Part shown: piece by piece, positions 18,295 to 28,019 of the stretch | How positions within the stretch are numbered: the stretch's first letter is position 1 | Layout: every line of letters begins with the position of its first letter | NCBI GenBank assembly: GCA_964630685.1 | Contig: CAZVVW010000006.1 | Location: forward strand, 16 to 64,015 | Direction of reading: 5' to 3' | Length of the DNA stretch: 64,000 nt | Source: an uncultured Methanosarcinales archaeon | GTDB lineage: Archaea > Nanobdellota > Nanobdellia > Woesearchaeales > BS150m-G63 | Translations under genes and position numbers: made by a program | The notes under the pieces: generated by a model | What the model was told of the DNA's origin: nothing | The model's database searches: none | What the model saw: only the letters and a program-made list of their open reading frames with translations

Positions 18295-20931
18295 TTAATC
18301 GGTTTGGTGTGTTATTTTTTTGATGATTGGAATTGCTATTGTGCCTATAATGAACAGGATTATAGCTGCAAGGACAATGTAAATCCATTCAAATATACCT
18401 AGGGCTGTTGTTTGGAATATTATGCTCAGTGGGCTGTATATTACAATAAATTGTAATAAAATTGAGGTTGCTACTGCTCCAATAAGGTATTTGTTGGATA
18501 ATATATTTAGTTTGTATTGATATCTCACCACATAGACTCTTACTAATTCAAATACAACTAAACTAGTAAATGCTATTGTTCTTGCTTTTTCTATGTCTGG
18601 AAGATATTGTTGGAATAAAGTCAAGGTTGCAATACAGATAAGAATGCCCATTAAGATTATTTTTGAGGACATGTTTTTACTGACAATGTGTTCTTTTGGG
18701 TTTCTTGGTTTTAATGACATTATTCCTTTACTAATTGGGTCAATGCCTAAAGCTAATGCAGGAAGACCATCTGTAATTAAGTTTATCCAAAGTATTTGTA
18801 GAGCTAAAAGTGGGAGTGGCCAACCTAATAAGCTTGCTATGAAAATGATAAGAATTTCCCCCAAATTGCTTGAAAGTAGATAATTTACGAATTTTTTTAT
18901 GTTAATATAAATTCCCCTTCCTTCTTTTATTGCGTTTACAATTGAACTAAAATGGTCATCAGTTAGAATAAGATCAGAAGCTTCTTTAGCTACATCAGTT
19001 CCTTTGATACCCATTGATATCCCTATATCTGCTTTTTTTAGTGCAGGAGCATCATTTACACCATCACCAGTCATGGCTACAATATGTCCTCTTTTTTTTA
19101 ACGCCTTAATTATTCCCATTTTATGACTTGGGTTGACTCTCGCATAAATTGAAATATTTTCTATGTCATGTAAATTTTCTTTAATTTCTTTTCCTTCTAT
19201 ACTTTTTCCTGTGAGGCCCATTTCTCTTGCTATTGCTTCTGCTGTTAGTTTGTGGTCTCCTGTTATCATCACTACTTTGATTCCTGCTTTTTTACATTTT
19301 GCAATATCTTGTTTAACTCCATTTCTCGGAGGGTCTTGCATTGCTTGTAGCCCTATAAAAATTAAATCCTCCTCTTTTGGTTTATGATTGTTTTTTGTTT
19401 TTTTGTATGCAAAACCTAGAACTCTTAAAGCATTATTTGCAAATTGATTATTTTTTTCTAAAATTTCTTGTTTATCTTTTTCAGTTAATTTTTTGATTTT
19501 GTTGTTTATTTTAATATAGGAGCACAAATGAAGAATTACATCTGGAGCACCCTTAGTGTAAAGATATTTGCCTTTTTTAGTTTGATGAATAGTACTCATT
19601 AATTTTCTTTTAGAACTAAAAGGAATTTCATTTATTCTAGAATTAGTTTTTTCAAGAGATTCTTTTTCTAATCCTAGTTTTGATGCGCTTATTAGTAATG
19701 CTGCTTCTGTTGGATCTCCAATTGCTTTATTTTTTTGAATTGCAGAATCATTACATAAGGCACCTATTTTCAGAAGTAAGTGTAAGTTAATTGTTTTTTT
19801 AAGAAATTTTCCAATCTTGGAATAACCTTCTCCCTTTACATCTATTTCAGTTTGATCAACATATACTTTTCTTACAGTCATTTCGTTTTTTGTAAGGGTT
19901 CCTGTTTTATCTGAACAAATTACTGTTGTTGCTCCGAGTGTTTCAACGCTTGGCAAATTTCTCATTAGCACATTTTTTTTGAGCATTCTTTTTACCCCTA
20001 ATGCTAAAGAGATTGTAACGACTGCTGGAAGGCCTTCTGGAATTGCTGCGACAGCTAAACTGATTGCTATTAAGAAAACAGTGCTAATATTTTCATAGTT
20101 TGTTCCCCCTGTAAGTATTCCTGTTAGAAATACAATCACACAAATTACAATTGTAGCTATACCAAGAAGTTTGCCTAATTTTTTTAATTTTAATTGTAGG
20201 GGCGTCAATTCTTCTTTTGTTTCTTGAATCAATTCTGCTATCTTTCCTATTTGTGTTTCCATGCCTGTTTTTACAACAATGGCTTTTGCATACCCCCTTG
20301 TTGTAATGGTGCTTGAGAATAACATATTTTTTTGATCTGCTAATGGGATATCTTTATTTATTGTTGAAGAAAATTTACTCGTTGGATTTGATTCTCCTGT
20401 GAGAGATGATTCTTGTATTTCTAAATCTTTTGAATAAATTATTCTTGCATCGGCAGGAATTTTATCCCCTTCTTGAATTATTATTAGATCTCCTGGAATA
20501 AGAAATTTAGAATCAATTTCAATTGTTTTTTGATTTCGTATAACTTTTGCTTTTGGTGTTGCTAATTTTTTCAATGCATCTATGGATTTTTCTGCTTTGT
20601 ATTCTTGTACAAATCCAATGATTGCGTTTATTATTAGTATTGAAAATATTGCGATTGCTTCTGCCATGTGAAGAAGTAGGCTTCCACCTTTTGTAGAATA
20701 TTCATGATATCCTAATAAGATTGAAACAATTACAGCAATTATTAGAATATATACAATAAAACTTTCAAATTGGGTTAAGAAAATTTTAAATGGATTTATT
20801 TTTTTTGTTTCTTTTAATTCATTTAGTCCATATTCTTTTGTTCTTTGTTCTGCTTCTATCTGGCTCAAACCTTTTTCTGAGCTATCAAGTAAATTTAGCA
20901 CCTCTTTTTTTGTTTTTTGATAATATTTCAT
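18295..20931 (-). CDS. P-type IIA (Ca2+-type) ATPase
   Basis: TGES, PEGLP, DKTGTLT, KGAPD, TGDGVNDAPAL. Confidence 0.95.
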   Translation of the reverse strand: MKYYQKTKKEVLNLLDSSEKGLSQIEAEQRTKEYGLNELKETKKINPFKIFLTQFESFIVYILIIAVIVSILLGYHEYSTKGGSLLLHMAEAIAIFSILIINAIIGFVQEYKAEKSIDALKKLATPKAKVIRNQKTIEIDSKFLIPGDLIIIQEGDKIPADARIIYSKDLEIQESSLTGESNPTSKFSSTINKDIPLADQKNMLFSSTITTRGYAKAIVVKTGMETQIGKIAELIQETKEELTPLQLKLKKLGKLLGIATIVICVIVFLTGILTGGTNYENISTVFLIAISLAVAAIPEGLPAVVTISLALGVKRMLKKNVLMRNLPSVETLGATTVICSDKTGTLTKNEMTVRKVYVDQTEIDVKGEGYSKIGKFLKKTINLHLLLKIGALCNDSAIQKNKAIGDPTEAALLISASKLGLEKESLEKTNSRINEIPFSSKRKLMSTIHQTKKGKYLYTKGAPDVILHLCSYIKINNKIKKLTEKDKQEILEKNNQFANNALRVLGFAYKKTKNNHKPKEEDLIFIGLQAMQDPPRNGVKQDIAKCKKAGIKVVMITGDHKLTAEAIAREMGLTGKSIEGKEIKENLHDIENISIYARVNPSHKMGIIKALKKRGHIVAMTGDGVNDAPALKKADIGISMGIKGTDVAKEASDLILTDDHFSSIVNAIKEGRGIYINIKKFVNYLLSSNLGEILIIFIASLLGWPLPLLALQILWINLITDGLPALALGIDPISKGIMSLKPRNPKEHIVSKNMSSKIILMGILICIATLTLFQQYLPDIEKARTIAFTSLVVFELVRVYVVRYQYKLNILSNKYLIGAVATSILLQFIVIYSPLSIIFQTTALGIFEWIYIVLAAIILFIIGTIAIPIIKKITHQTD

Positions 20932-21341
20932 TTTTTTATAATATTTCTAATTATGATGGCTATTGGAATTATTATTAACACCAAGGGGACAAATAACACT
21001 CCACTTGCCAGAGTTGGTTGTTGTTCTGCGATAAGCATACCTGTGATTGTAGGATTCAAGAGGTGAAGAATTATTGCAGAGAGTATAAAGAAAGAAGATA
21101 TTGTTATTTCTGGGACATTTAGATTGAAATTACTTTTAGAAGGAGTTATATTATCATGAGCTTTTGATAGAATATAATAAACATAATGTTTTTCTTCTTC
21201 TGTTGAATCTGAATTGAGGATGTTTTGATACATTTCATTTAATCTGTTGTAAGAATTGATTGCTTGGTCTGTTTTTTTATAAGAGAGATTTCTGTTTAAT
21301 TCGATTAATGCAATTTGGAATTGAGTTATTTGATCTTTCAT
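20928..21341 (-). CDS. Hypothetical membrane protein
   Basis: Helical N-terminus, two TMs with ITG motif; overlaps neighbours by 4 nt. Confidence 0.6.
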   Translation of the reverse strand: MKDQITQFQIALIELNRNLSYKKTDQAINSYNRLNEMYQNILNSDSTEEEKHYVYYILSKAHDNITPSKSNFNLNVPEITISSFFILSAIILHLLNPTITGMLIAEQQPTLASGVLFVPLVLIIIPIAIIIRNIIKK

Positions 21342-21613
21342 TTCATTTCCTCTAAGATTTTATCATAAACATCTAAAAGGGTTCTTATGCTTTCAAGTTT
21401 TAGGGAATAATATTTTTCTGGAAATTTTACTTCTGCTGTTATTATGCCAAAATAATCCAATAGAGTGAGGTGTTTTGAAGCAAGCGACGTAGAAATTTCC
21501 ATGGCTTTTGCTATATTTGTAACAGTGTGGGGGTGTTTACACAAGAGTCTTAGAATCGTACGTCTAGAATTGGAAGAAATCGCCTTTGAAAGCACATCAT
21601 CTCTACTTGGCAT
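21338..21613 (-). CDS. ArsR family regulator
   Basis: RRTILRLL...TVTNIA...SLASKHL wHTH. Confidence 0.85.
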   Translation of the reverse strand: MPSRDDVLSKAISSNSRRTILRLLCKHPHTVTNIAKAMEISTSLASKHLTLLDYFGIITAEVKFPEKYYSLKLESIRTLLDVYDKILEEMK

Positions 21614-21729
21614 AAAAGTTGAAAAAGAATGATAGTATTTAAATGTTACGTAATTGTTTAGTTGAACAGTTGAACAAGTTGGAAACTCTAATAGTAAGTA
21701 ATATAAATATAAGAAAATTAGCTGTCAGT

Positions 21730-22392
21730 ATGAAACAAATGTTTGTTGAGGCAAGATTTGAAGGAAAAAACAAAATTCCTGAAGAGCTGATTGATAAGTT
21801 GCCTTTGAATGTGGCTTTGTTTAGTACTGTACAATTTTTAGATAGTCTAGAATATATTAAAAAACAGATTACTGATTCTGGTAGAAAAGTAGTTGTTGTT
21901 AAAGGAAGACATGCTAAATATTGTGGGCAGATATTGGGATGCAGTATTGATAAAGTGAAAGGTGTTGGGGGTTTTCTTTATATTGGAGATGGTAGATTCC
22001 ACCCAATTGCGCTTAAACTGAAAAATGAAAAACCTGTTTTTGTGTATAATCCTTTTTCTAAAAAATATAAAGAACTCGAAGAATCTGATGTAGAAAGGGT
22101 TAGAAAAAAGATTAAAGGGGCTAGGTTGAAGTTTTTGACTAGTGAAGAAATTGGTGTTTTAGTGAGTGTTAAACCCGGACAGCAATTTCTTAATTCTGCT
22201 TTGGAACTTAGAAAAAAGTATCCTGACAAGAATTTTTATTTTTTAATGTTTGATTCAATTGATTTTGGAAGTTTGGAAGATTTTTCTTTTGTTGATATGT
22301 TTGTGAATACTGCTTGTCCTAGAATAATTGATGATATTGATAAGTTTAGAAAACCATTGATAAATATTGAAGATATTGAAGAATTAAATTAA
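21730..22392 (+). CDS. dph2: Diphthamide synthesis Dph2-like protein (short form)
   Basis: STVQF, GQILGC, GDGRFH, SVKPGQ, TACPRI; start reassigned to 21730. Confidence 0.85.
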   Translation: MKQMFVEARFEGKNKIPEELIDKLPLNVALFSTVQFLDSLEYIKKQITDSGRKVVVVKGRHAKYCGQILGCSIDKVKGVGGFLYIGDGRFHPIALKLKNEKPVFVYNPFSKKYKELEESDVERVRKKIKGARLKFLTSEEIGVLVSVKPGQQFLNSALELRKKYPDKNFYFLMFDSIDFGSLEDFSFVDMFVNTACPRIIDDIDKFRKPLINIEDIEELN

Positions 22393-23315
22393 GTTATTAT
22401 ATTTAAATTTTCTTTGCTCAAAAAACCTTCTCCGATACCTTTTCCAACATAAAAGAATTTTTCACTTATTGTTTGACTTAACATTTCTATGAATGTTTTT
22501 TCTTTTTTATATTCTGTTAGTTCTGCTGTTATGTTGAGCTCTTTTTCGATGTAGGTTAGTGCATTTTCTTTTGATCCTATAAAATCAATTAATCCATATT
22601 CTTTGGCGTCTTCACCTAGGTAGAATAATCCATTTGCGAGTTCTTCGACTTTTTCTTTTGATAGGTTTCTGTTTAATGCGACATCTTCTATGAAATAATT
22701 ATGAATTTTGTTCATTATTGATTGAAAGATTACTCTTTCATCATATTCTAGTTCTTTAAATGGGCTCCCCATATCTTTGTATTTTCCTGCTGTGAGTCTT
22801 TGATAAGTTATGTTGTATTTTTGTAGAAAGTTTGCGAATTCTAAATAAGAACTAATTACACCTATTGAACCAGTTATAGACATTTTGTTAGCAAAGATTT
22901 TATCTGTTGCTGTGGCAGCCCAATAAGCTCCCGATGCGCCTACTTCAGTAATTACTGAAACAGTGGTTTTGTTTACTGCTTTGATTGCTTCAGCTATATT
23001 GCTTGATGCTACGGCTGAACCACCAGGAGAATTTATATCAAATAATATTGCTTGGATTCCTGGTGCTTTATCTGCTTTTTTGATTAGTTTGATTAATTCT
23101 GTTGCTGCGACATTACTTTGTCCAAATGAAGAACCTGATTCTGAAGTTATCACTCCCTTTATTGGGATTACAGCTATATTTCCTATTTCTGATGATTTAT
23201 AAAATAAAGAAGGAAGAATTCCTGCAAGAATCCAGCTTAATATGAATAACATGATTAATGTTTGGAATATGAATTTCCAACTTAGATCTTTATTTGTTTG
23301 TTGTGTTTTTTTCAT
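22389..23315 (-). CDS. sppA: Signal peptide peptidase SppA
   Basis: INSPGGS, ASGAYW, TGSIGV, GKYKD. Confidence 0.93.
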   Translation of the reverse strand: MKKTQQTNKDLSWKFIFQTLIMLFILSWILAGILPSLFYKSSEIGNIAVIPIKGVITSESGSSFGQSNVAATELIKLIKKADKAPGIQAILFDINSPGGSAVASSNIAEAIKAVNKTTVSVITEVGASGAYWAATATDKIFANKMSITGSIGVISSYLEFANFLQKYNITYQRLTAGKYKDMGSPFKELEYDERVIFQSIMNKIHNYFIEDVALNRNLSKEKVEELANGLFYLGEDAKEYGLIDFIGSKENALTYIEKELNITAELTEYKKEKTFIEMLSQTISEKFFYVGKGIGEGFLSKENLNIIT

Positions 23316-23830
23316 TATGTGTACTCCAATGTAAATTCTTGGATAACTTTTGTTTTGCTCAATGATTCTGTGAATCTTTGACCTTGTTTATTGAAAAATA
23401 AATAGATTGGATCTATTAGCCATAATAATATAAATGGGAATAAAGGAATTAAGAATAAACTTCTTATTAGATATTGCCAAACTTTTTGTTCTTTAGTTGT
23501 TGAGATGACTTTGAGTTTTAGGATTTTTTTCCCTATTGTTTGTCCTAGTTTTAGTTCTAAAATTGCGAAATATGCTATTGTCAGTATTGCTATTGCAATG
23601 CTTATGGAATAGATGCTGTAACTTATCTCTGGGTTGTTTAGAACATAATTGTAAGATTCTTCAAAAGAGATAAATTCTGGAATTAAATTGGAAATATATT
23701 TTTTAAATGGATAGATAATTATTAGATTTAGAATTAATAAATCTATGATAAACGCAATACCTCTTTTTATTAGTGAAGCATTGCCTGCCACTTTTCTTGG
23801 CTTAGGCAGTCTTAATGACTTATGCATCAA
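23315..23830 (-). CDS. RDD family protein
   Basis: ASLIKRGIAFIID, GQTIGK. Confidence 0.88.
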   Translation of the reverse strand: MMHKSLRLPKPRKVAGNASLIKRGIAFIIDLLILNLIIIYPFKKYISNLIPEFISFEESYNYVLNNPEISYSIYSISIAIAILTIAYFAILELKLGQTIGKKILKLKVISTTKEQKVWQYLIRSLFLIPLFPFILLWLIDPIYLFFNKQGQRFTESLSKTKVIQEFTLEYT

Positions 23831-23921
23831 AGTTATTGAAATTAATCTAGTATAAAAATATAGCGGTTTGATGAGATCTTAAAACATAACTTTTATATAT
23901 TTAAATGGTTTTTTAAGTATT

Positions 23922-24188
23922 ATGGTTTTTGGATTTAAAAAATTTAAAAATAGGATGAAAAGACAAGAGGAATATTTCTTTAGTAAGTTTAAAGAGTTGG
24001 GACATATAAATCAAATGTTTGCTTCTTTGACTGTATTTGTAGGAATTATTTTTGTGTGGAGAGGTGTTTATAATATTATGAATCAATATTGGTTCCTCGA
24101 TTATCCTGTTTTTTCTAATGTTTCAGGTATTGTTGTTGGATTGATAATTCTTACATTAACTCATTATATAGTCAAGAAAACGGTTTAA
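23922..24188 (+). CDS. Small membrane protein
   Basis: IIFVWRGVYN motif, two TMs. Confidence 0.6.
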   Translation: MVFGFKKFKNRMKRQEEYFFSKFKELGHINQMFASLTVFVGIIFVWRGVYNIMNQYWFLDYPVFSNVSGIVVGLIILTLTHYIVKKTV

Positions 24189-24200
24189 TAATAAAAGATA

Positions 24201-24674
24201 ATGAAAACTATAATTGTGACTGGTTCTGTAGGTTCTGGAAAAACTACTTTAGCTAAAAAACTTTCAAAATTTTTAGATTTTGATTATATAGATGTGAATT
24301 ATGTTGTTAAGAAGAATAAACTTGCTGAAAGTTATGACGAGTCTAAAAAATGTAATATTGTTGATGTAGAAAAATTAAATAAATTTTTAATTGAATTAAT
24401 TAAGGAATCAGTAGTTGGATTAGTTATTGATTCTCATATGGGCCATTATCTCCCTAAAAAATATGTAAATATTTGTGTTGTGACTAAATGTAATATTGGT
24501 GTACTGAAAAAAAGGTTGAAAAAAAGGAATTATTCTTTGCAAAAAATAAAAGATAATATTGAAGCAGAGATATTCAATACTTGTTTTGAAGAAGCAAAAG
24601 AAAATAGGCATAAAATATTATTGGTAGATACTTCTAAAGGAATAACCAAAGATGTTTTATCTTTGATTTCTTAA
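24201..24674 (+). CDS. Adenylate kinase, AK6/Fap7-type
   Basis: TGSVGSGKT, IDSH, RLKKRNY...KI.DNIEAE. Confidence 0.88.
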   Translation: MKTIIVTGSVGSGKTTLAKKLSKFLDFDYIDVNYVVKKNKLAESYDESKKCNIVDVEKLNKFLIELIKESVVGLVIDSHMGHYLPKKYVNICVVTKCNIGVLKKRLKKRNYSLQKIKDNIEAEIFNTCFEEAKENRHKILLVDTSKGITKDVLSLIS

Positions 24675-24684
24675 TTTTATTTAA

Positions 24685-24831
24685 TCAATCTTCATTAAAA
24701 CCCATCATAAAACCAGCTTCTTCTGCACTTATTTCGTCGTCATTTAGATTTTCTTCTATCTGATTATAAAAGTCATCACTATCATTTGGTTTTTCCGATA
24801 GTTCTTCTTCTATTTCTTCTTGGATTTCCAT
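24685..24831 (-). CDS. Small acidic protein, 48 aa (not in ORF track)
   Basis: MEIQEEIEEELSEKPNDSDDFYNQIEENLNDDEISAEEAGFMMGFNED; motif shared with 60811..61113. Confidence 0.65.
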   Translation of the reverse strand: MEIQEEIEEELSEKPNDSDDFYNQIEENLNDDEISAEEAGFMMGFNED

Positions 24832-25107
24832 TTTTTGAGAAATTCAACAAAACTCAGTTTTTTAGTGTTTAGTTTGAGGTAATCTTTTATTGCATCGATT
24901 TCCACAACTTTAACTTTTTCTTTCTTGATTTTGACTACCCCCCATTAAAGTATGATATTATCATATAAAGTATTACTTTCTATATAAACCTTTCGGAAAT
25001 TTTGCGGATTTTAAGGGTTTCTCATCTAAAAAATGATTTATTAAGTATCATACCTTTTTTTTAAAAAGCAAAGATTTATATATTATTTATATTTTTTATA
25101 TCAAATC

Positions 25108-25944
25108 GTGAAAGAAAGAGTAACGCTAACACTTGATCAAGGAATTCTTAAATTAGTGGATAAAAAAGTAGATGGGTTTAATATTAAGAATAGAAGTCAT
25201 GCTGTTGAATTGTTAATTTCTAAAGCACTAAAAGCTCATATTCCTAAGAAAGCTGTGCTTTTAGTTGGGGGAACAGGCACTCGGTTAAGACCTTTGACTT
25301 ATGAAATTCCTAAAGCTTTACTTCCTATACATGGAAAAACATTGACAGAACATTTGTTTGATTTGTTTAAGAAGTATGATGTCAATGAGACTATCATGGC
25401 AGTAGGATATTTGAGAGAAAAAATAATAGATTATTTTGGTGATGGTTCTAAATTTGGTATGAAATTAAAATATATAGAAGAAAAAGAGCCTTTGGGAACT
25501 GCAGGTCCAATAAAATTAGCAAAGGAAATGTTGAATGATACATTTATTGTTTCAAATGGTGATGAATTAAAAGATATAGATGTTGAAGAGATGTATAAAG
25601 TGCATAAAGAGAATCAGGCTTCAGTTACAATTGCTTTAACAACTGTGGAAGATCCCAGTCAATATGGTGTTGCAAGATTATCTGGTTCAAAGATACTTGA
25701 ATTTGTAGAGAAACCTAAAAAAGAAGATGCTCCATCTAAATTAATTAATTCTGGGTTTTATATTATTGAGCCAGAAGTTATTGATATGATTCCAGATGGG
25801 TTTGCGATGTTAGAAAAAGAAGTTTTTCCAAAATTAGCAAAACAAGGTAAATTGTTTGGTTTTCCTTTTTCTGGTCAGTGGTTTGATACAGGTAATATTG
25901 AGCGTTATGATAAAGCTATAAAAAAATGGAAGGATTTAGTGTAA
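25108..25944 (+). CDS. Sugar-phosphate nucleotidyltransferase with N-terminal ribbon-helix-helix domain
   Basis: RVTLTLD...NRSHAVE RHH; GGTGTRLRPLT..PK, EPLGTAG, FVEKP, WFDTG. Confidence 0.88.
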   Translation: MKERVTLTLDQGILKLVDKKVDGFNIKNRSHAVELLISKALKAHIPKKAVLLVGGTGTRLRPLTYEIPKALLPIHGKTLTEHLFDLFKKYDVNETIMAVGYLREKIIDYFGDGSKFGMKLKYIEEKEPLGTAGPIKLAKEMLNDTFIVSNGDELKDIDVEEMYKVHKENQASVTIALTTVEDPSQYGVARLSGSKILEFVEKPKKEDAPSKLINSGFYIIEPEVIDMIPDGFAMLEKEVFPKLAKQGKLFGFPFSGQWFDTGNIERYDKAIKKWKDLV

Positions 25945-25945
25945 T

Positions 25946-27268
25946 ATGGGAATTTTTAAAGCTTATGACATAAGGGGAGTTTATCCTAAAGAATTAGATG
26001 AAAAATTAATGGAAAAAATTGGCAGGGCTTTTGCTGATTTTATTAAAGGAAAAAATATTGCTGTTGGTTATGACATGAGGGTTTCTGGACCAAAACTCTT
26101 TGATGCTTTTGTTAAGGGAGTGACTCTTCAAGGAAAAAATGTGATTAATTTTGGATTAACTTCTACACCCATGGCTTATTTTGCAAGCTCATATCTTAAA
26201 GCAGATGGCATGGCTATGATTACTGCTTCTCATAATCCTAAAGAATACAATGGAGTTAAATTTACGCGTGAAGAAGCAATACCTATTTCAGGAGATACAG
26301 GAATAAGGGAAATAAAAGATAAAGTAGAGCAGGAAGATTTTAAGAAAGTCGTTAAAACTGGAAAAATAAGTGAACAAGATATTAAAAAGGAATACAAAAA
26401 ACATTTGTTATCTTTTGTTAAAGGAATAAAAGAGCTAAAAGTAGTTGTTGATTGTGCTAATGGGATGGGTGCACAGGATTTTTCTTTAATTCAAAAAGAA
26501 TTATTAATTGATGTTGTACCTCTCTATTTTGAAATTGATGGCACTTTTCCAAATCACGATGCAAATCCAATGAAAAAAGGAGTTCTCGATGCATTGAAAA
26601 AGAAAGTGATTGTTGAGAAAGCAGAGCTAGGAATTGCTTTTGATGGAGATGCTGATAGAGTTTTCTTTATAGACAATGAAGGCGAATTAGTGCCCTCTGA
26701 TTTTATCACTGCTTTAATTTCAGAAGAAATATTAAATCACAATCCAAATTCTTTAGTGCTCTATGATTTGCGAAGCTCATGGATTGTTCCTGAAATGATT
26801 GAAAAATTTAGTGGAAGAAGTTTAAGATGTCGTGTAGGTCATTCTTTTATCAAGCAAAAAATGAGGGAAGATAATGCTATTTTTGCAGGAGAATTATCAG
26901 GTCATTTTTATTTTAAAAATAATTTTTTTACAGATTCTGGGATAATTACAGCTATTTGGGTGATGAATCTTTTATCTGCTAAAGGGATTCCTTTTTCTGA
27001 ATTAATCAGACCTTTGAAAAAGTATTATTCTTCTGGGGAAATAAATTCAGAGGTGAAAGATAAGGAAGCTAAAATGAAAGAGTTGGCTGAAAACTATAAA
27101 GAAGGGAGAGTTTCCTGGCTAGATGGTGTAAGGGTTGATTTTGATGATTGGTGGTTTAATGTAAGGCCGAGCAATACTGAACCTTTATTGAGGCTTAACC
27201 TTGAGGCTAAGACAGAACAAAAAATGGAAGAAATGAGAAATAAGTTATTAAGCGAGATTAGGTCTTGA
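25946..27268 (+). CDS. Phosphomannomutase/phosphoglucomutase
   Basis: AYDIRG, TASHNP, DGDADR, GELSGH, RPSNTEP. Confidence 0.95.
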   Translation: MGIFKAYDIRGVYPKELDEKLMEKIGRAFADFIKGKNIAVGYDMRVSGPKLFDAFVKGVTLQGKNVINFGLTSTPMAYFASSYLKADGMAMITASHNPKEYNGVKFTREEAIPISGDTGIREIKDKVEQEDFKKVVKTGKISEQDIKKEYKKHLLSFVKGIKELKVVVDCANGMGAQDFSLIQKELLIDVVPLYFEIDGTFPNHDANPMKKGVLDALKKKVIVEKAELGIAFDGDADRVFFIDNEGELVPSDFITALISEEILNHNPNSLVLYDLRSSWIVPEMIEKFSGRSLRCRVGHSFIKQKMREDNAIFAGELSGHFYFKNNFFTDSGIITAIWVMNLLSAKGIPFSELIRPLKKYYSSGEINSEVKDKEAKMKELAENYKEGRVSWLDGVRVDFDDWWFNVRPSNTEPLLRLNLEAKTEQKMEEMRNKLLSEIRS

Positions 27269-28018
27269 GAATTTTCTTTTATAATTGTTTTTGTAATTTA
27301 GTGTTTTTAATTTTCTTATATCTTTACCTGAAAAAAGATAGTTTCCTTGTTTTGAATCTTTTATTTTGAAACCAACGTGGTAATGGTGGGCTATTCTATC
27401 AATTTCTTCAATACTTTTTCCTGTTTTTTCTGATACTTCATGAGAACGATAAAGAAATTTATTTGAATATTTTCCTAAGAAATCATTCAAAGAATCCACA
27501 CTGATAAAGTGGTGTTCTTTTCCATTGAAAACAGTAATTCTTGGTTTTAGACTTTCATTTTCAATTAAATCATAGACAACATGAGGGTCTTTGATTTTTA
27601 GTCTTGCCATTGTTTCTCTAACTAAAAGTATTTTTGGGCAATCTTGTTTGCGGATATTGAATTTATTTAAGTATGATTCTCTACTGCAATTGTATAAATC
27701 TAAAGCATACTCTATTTTTGAGCGATTGTTAAATTTAGAATCTGGGAGAATTTGTTTTATGTTGAATTCTTGGATTATCCTAGAGTGTTTAATGTTGCTT
27801 TTTCTTAGAACATAAATTTCCTTTATATAATCATTTAAAGCATCTTTTATTTCAAATTTATTTTTTAAGAGTTCAACTTCTTTTTTATCATATAAGTATT
27901 TATATCCTTTTTTTATTTTGGTTAGAAGGCATTTTTTAGCATATCTTGGAACTGTTCTTCCATTTACATTCAAGATTCTTCCAGCTTCTTTTCGATTGAT
28001 TAAGTTATCTAAAGTCAT
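27248..28018 (-). CDS. Protein with repeated excisionase/MerR-like HTH domains
   Basis: INRKEAGRILNV, LLVRETMARLKI, YRSHEVSEKTGKS repeats. Confidence 0.55.
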   Translation of the reverse strand: MTLDNLINRKEAGRILNVNGRTVPRYAKKCLLTKIKKGYKYLYDKKEVELLKNKFEIKDALNDYIKEIYVLRKSNIKHSRIIQEFNIKQILPDSKFNNRSKIEYALDLYNCSRESYLNKFNIRKQDCPKILLVRETMARLKIKDPHVVYDLIENESLKPRITVFNGKEHHFISVDSLNDFLGKYSNKFLYRSHEVSEKTGKSIEEIDRIAHHYHVGFKIKDSKQGNYLFSGKDIRKLKTLNYKNNYKRKFSRPNLA

Positions 28019-28019
28019 T

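Noticed and set aside
24810..24945. Lys-rich ~39-codon minus-strand frame after a GGGGGG SD-like run
   Set aside because: No canonical start codon in frame; cannot be supported without homologues.
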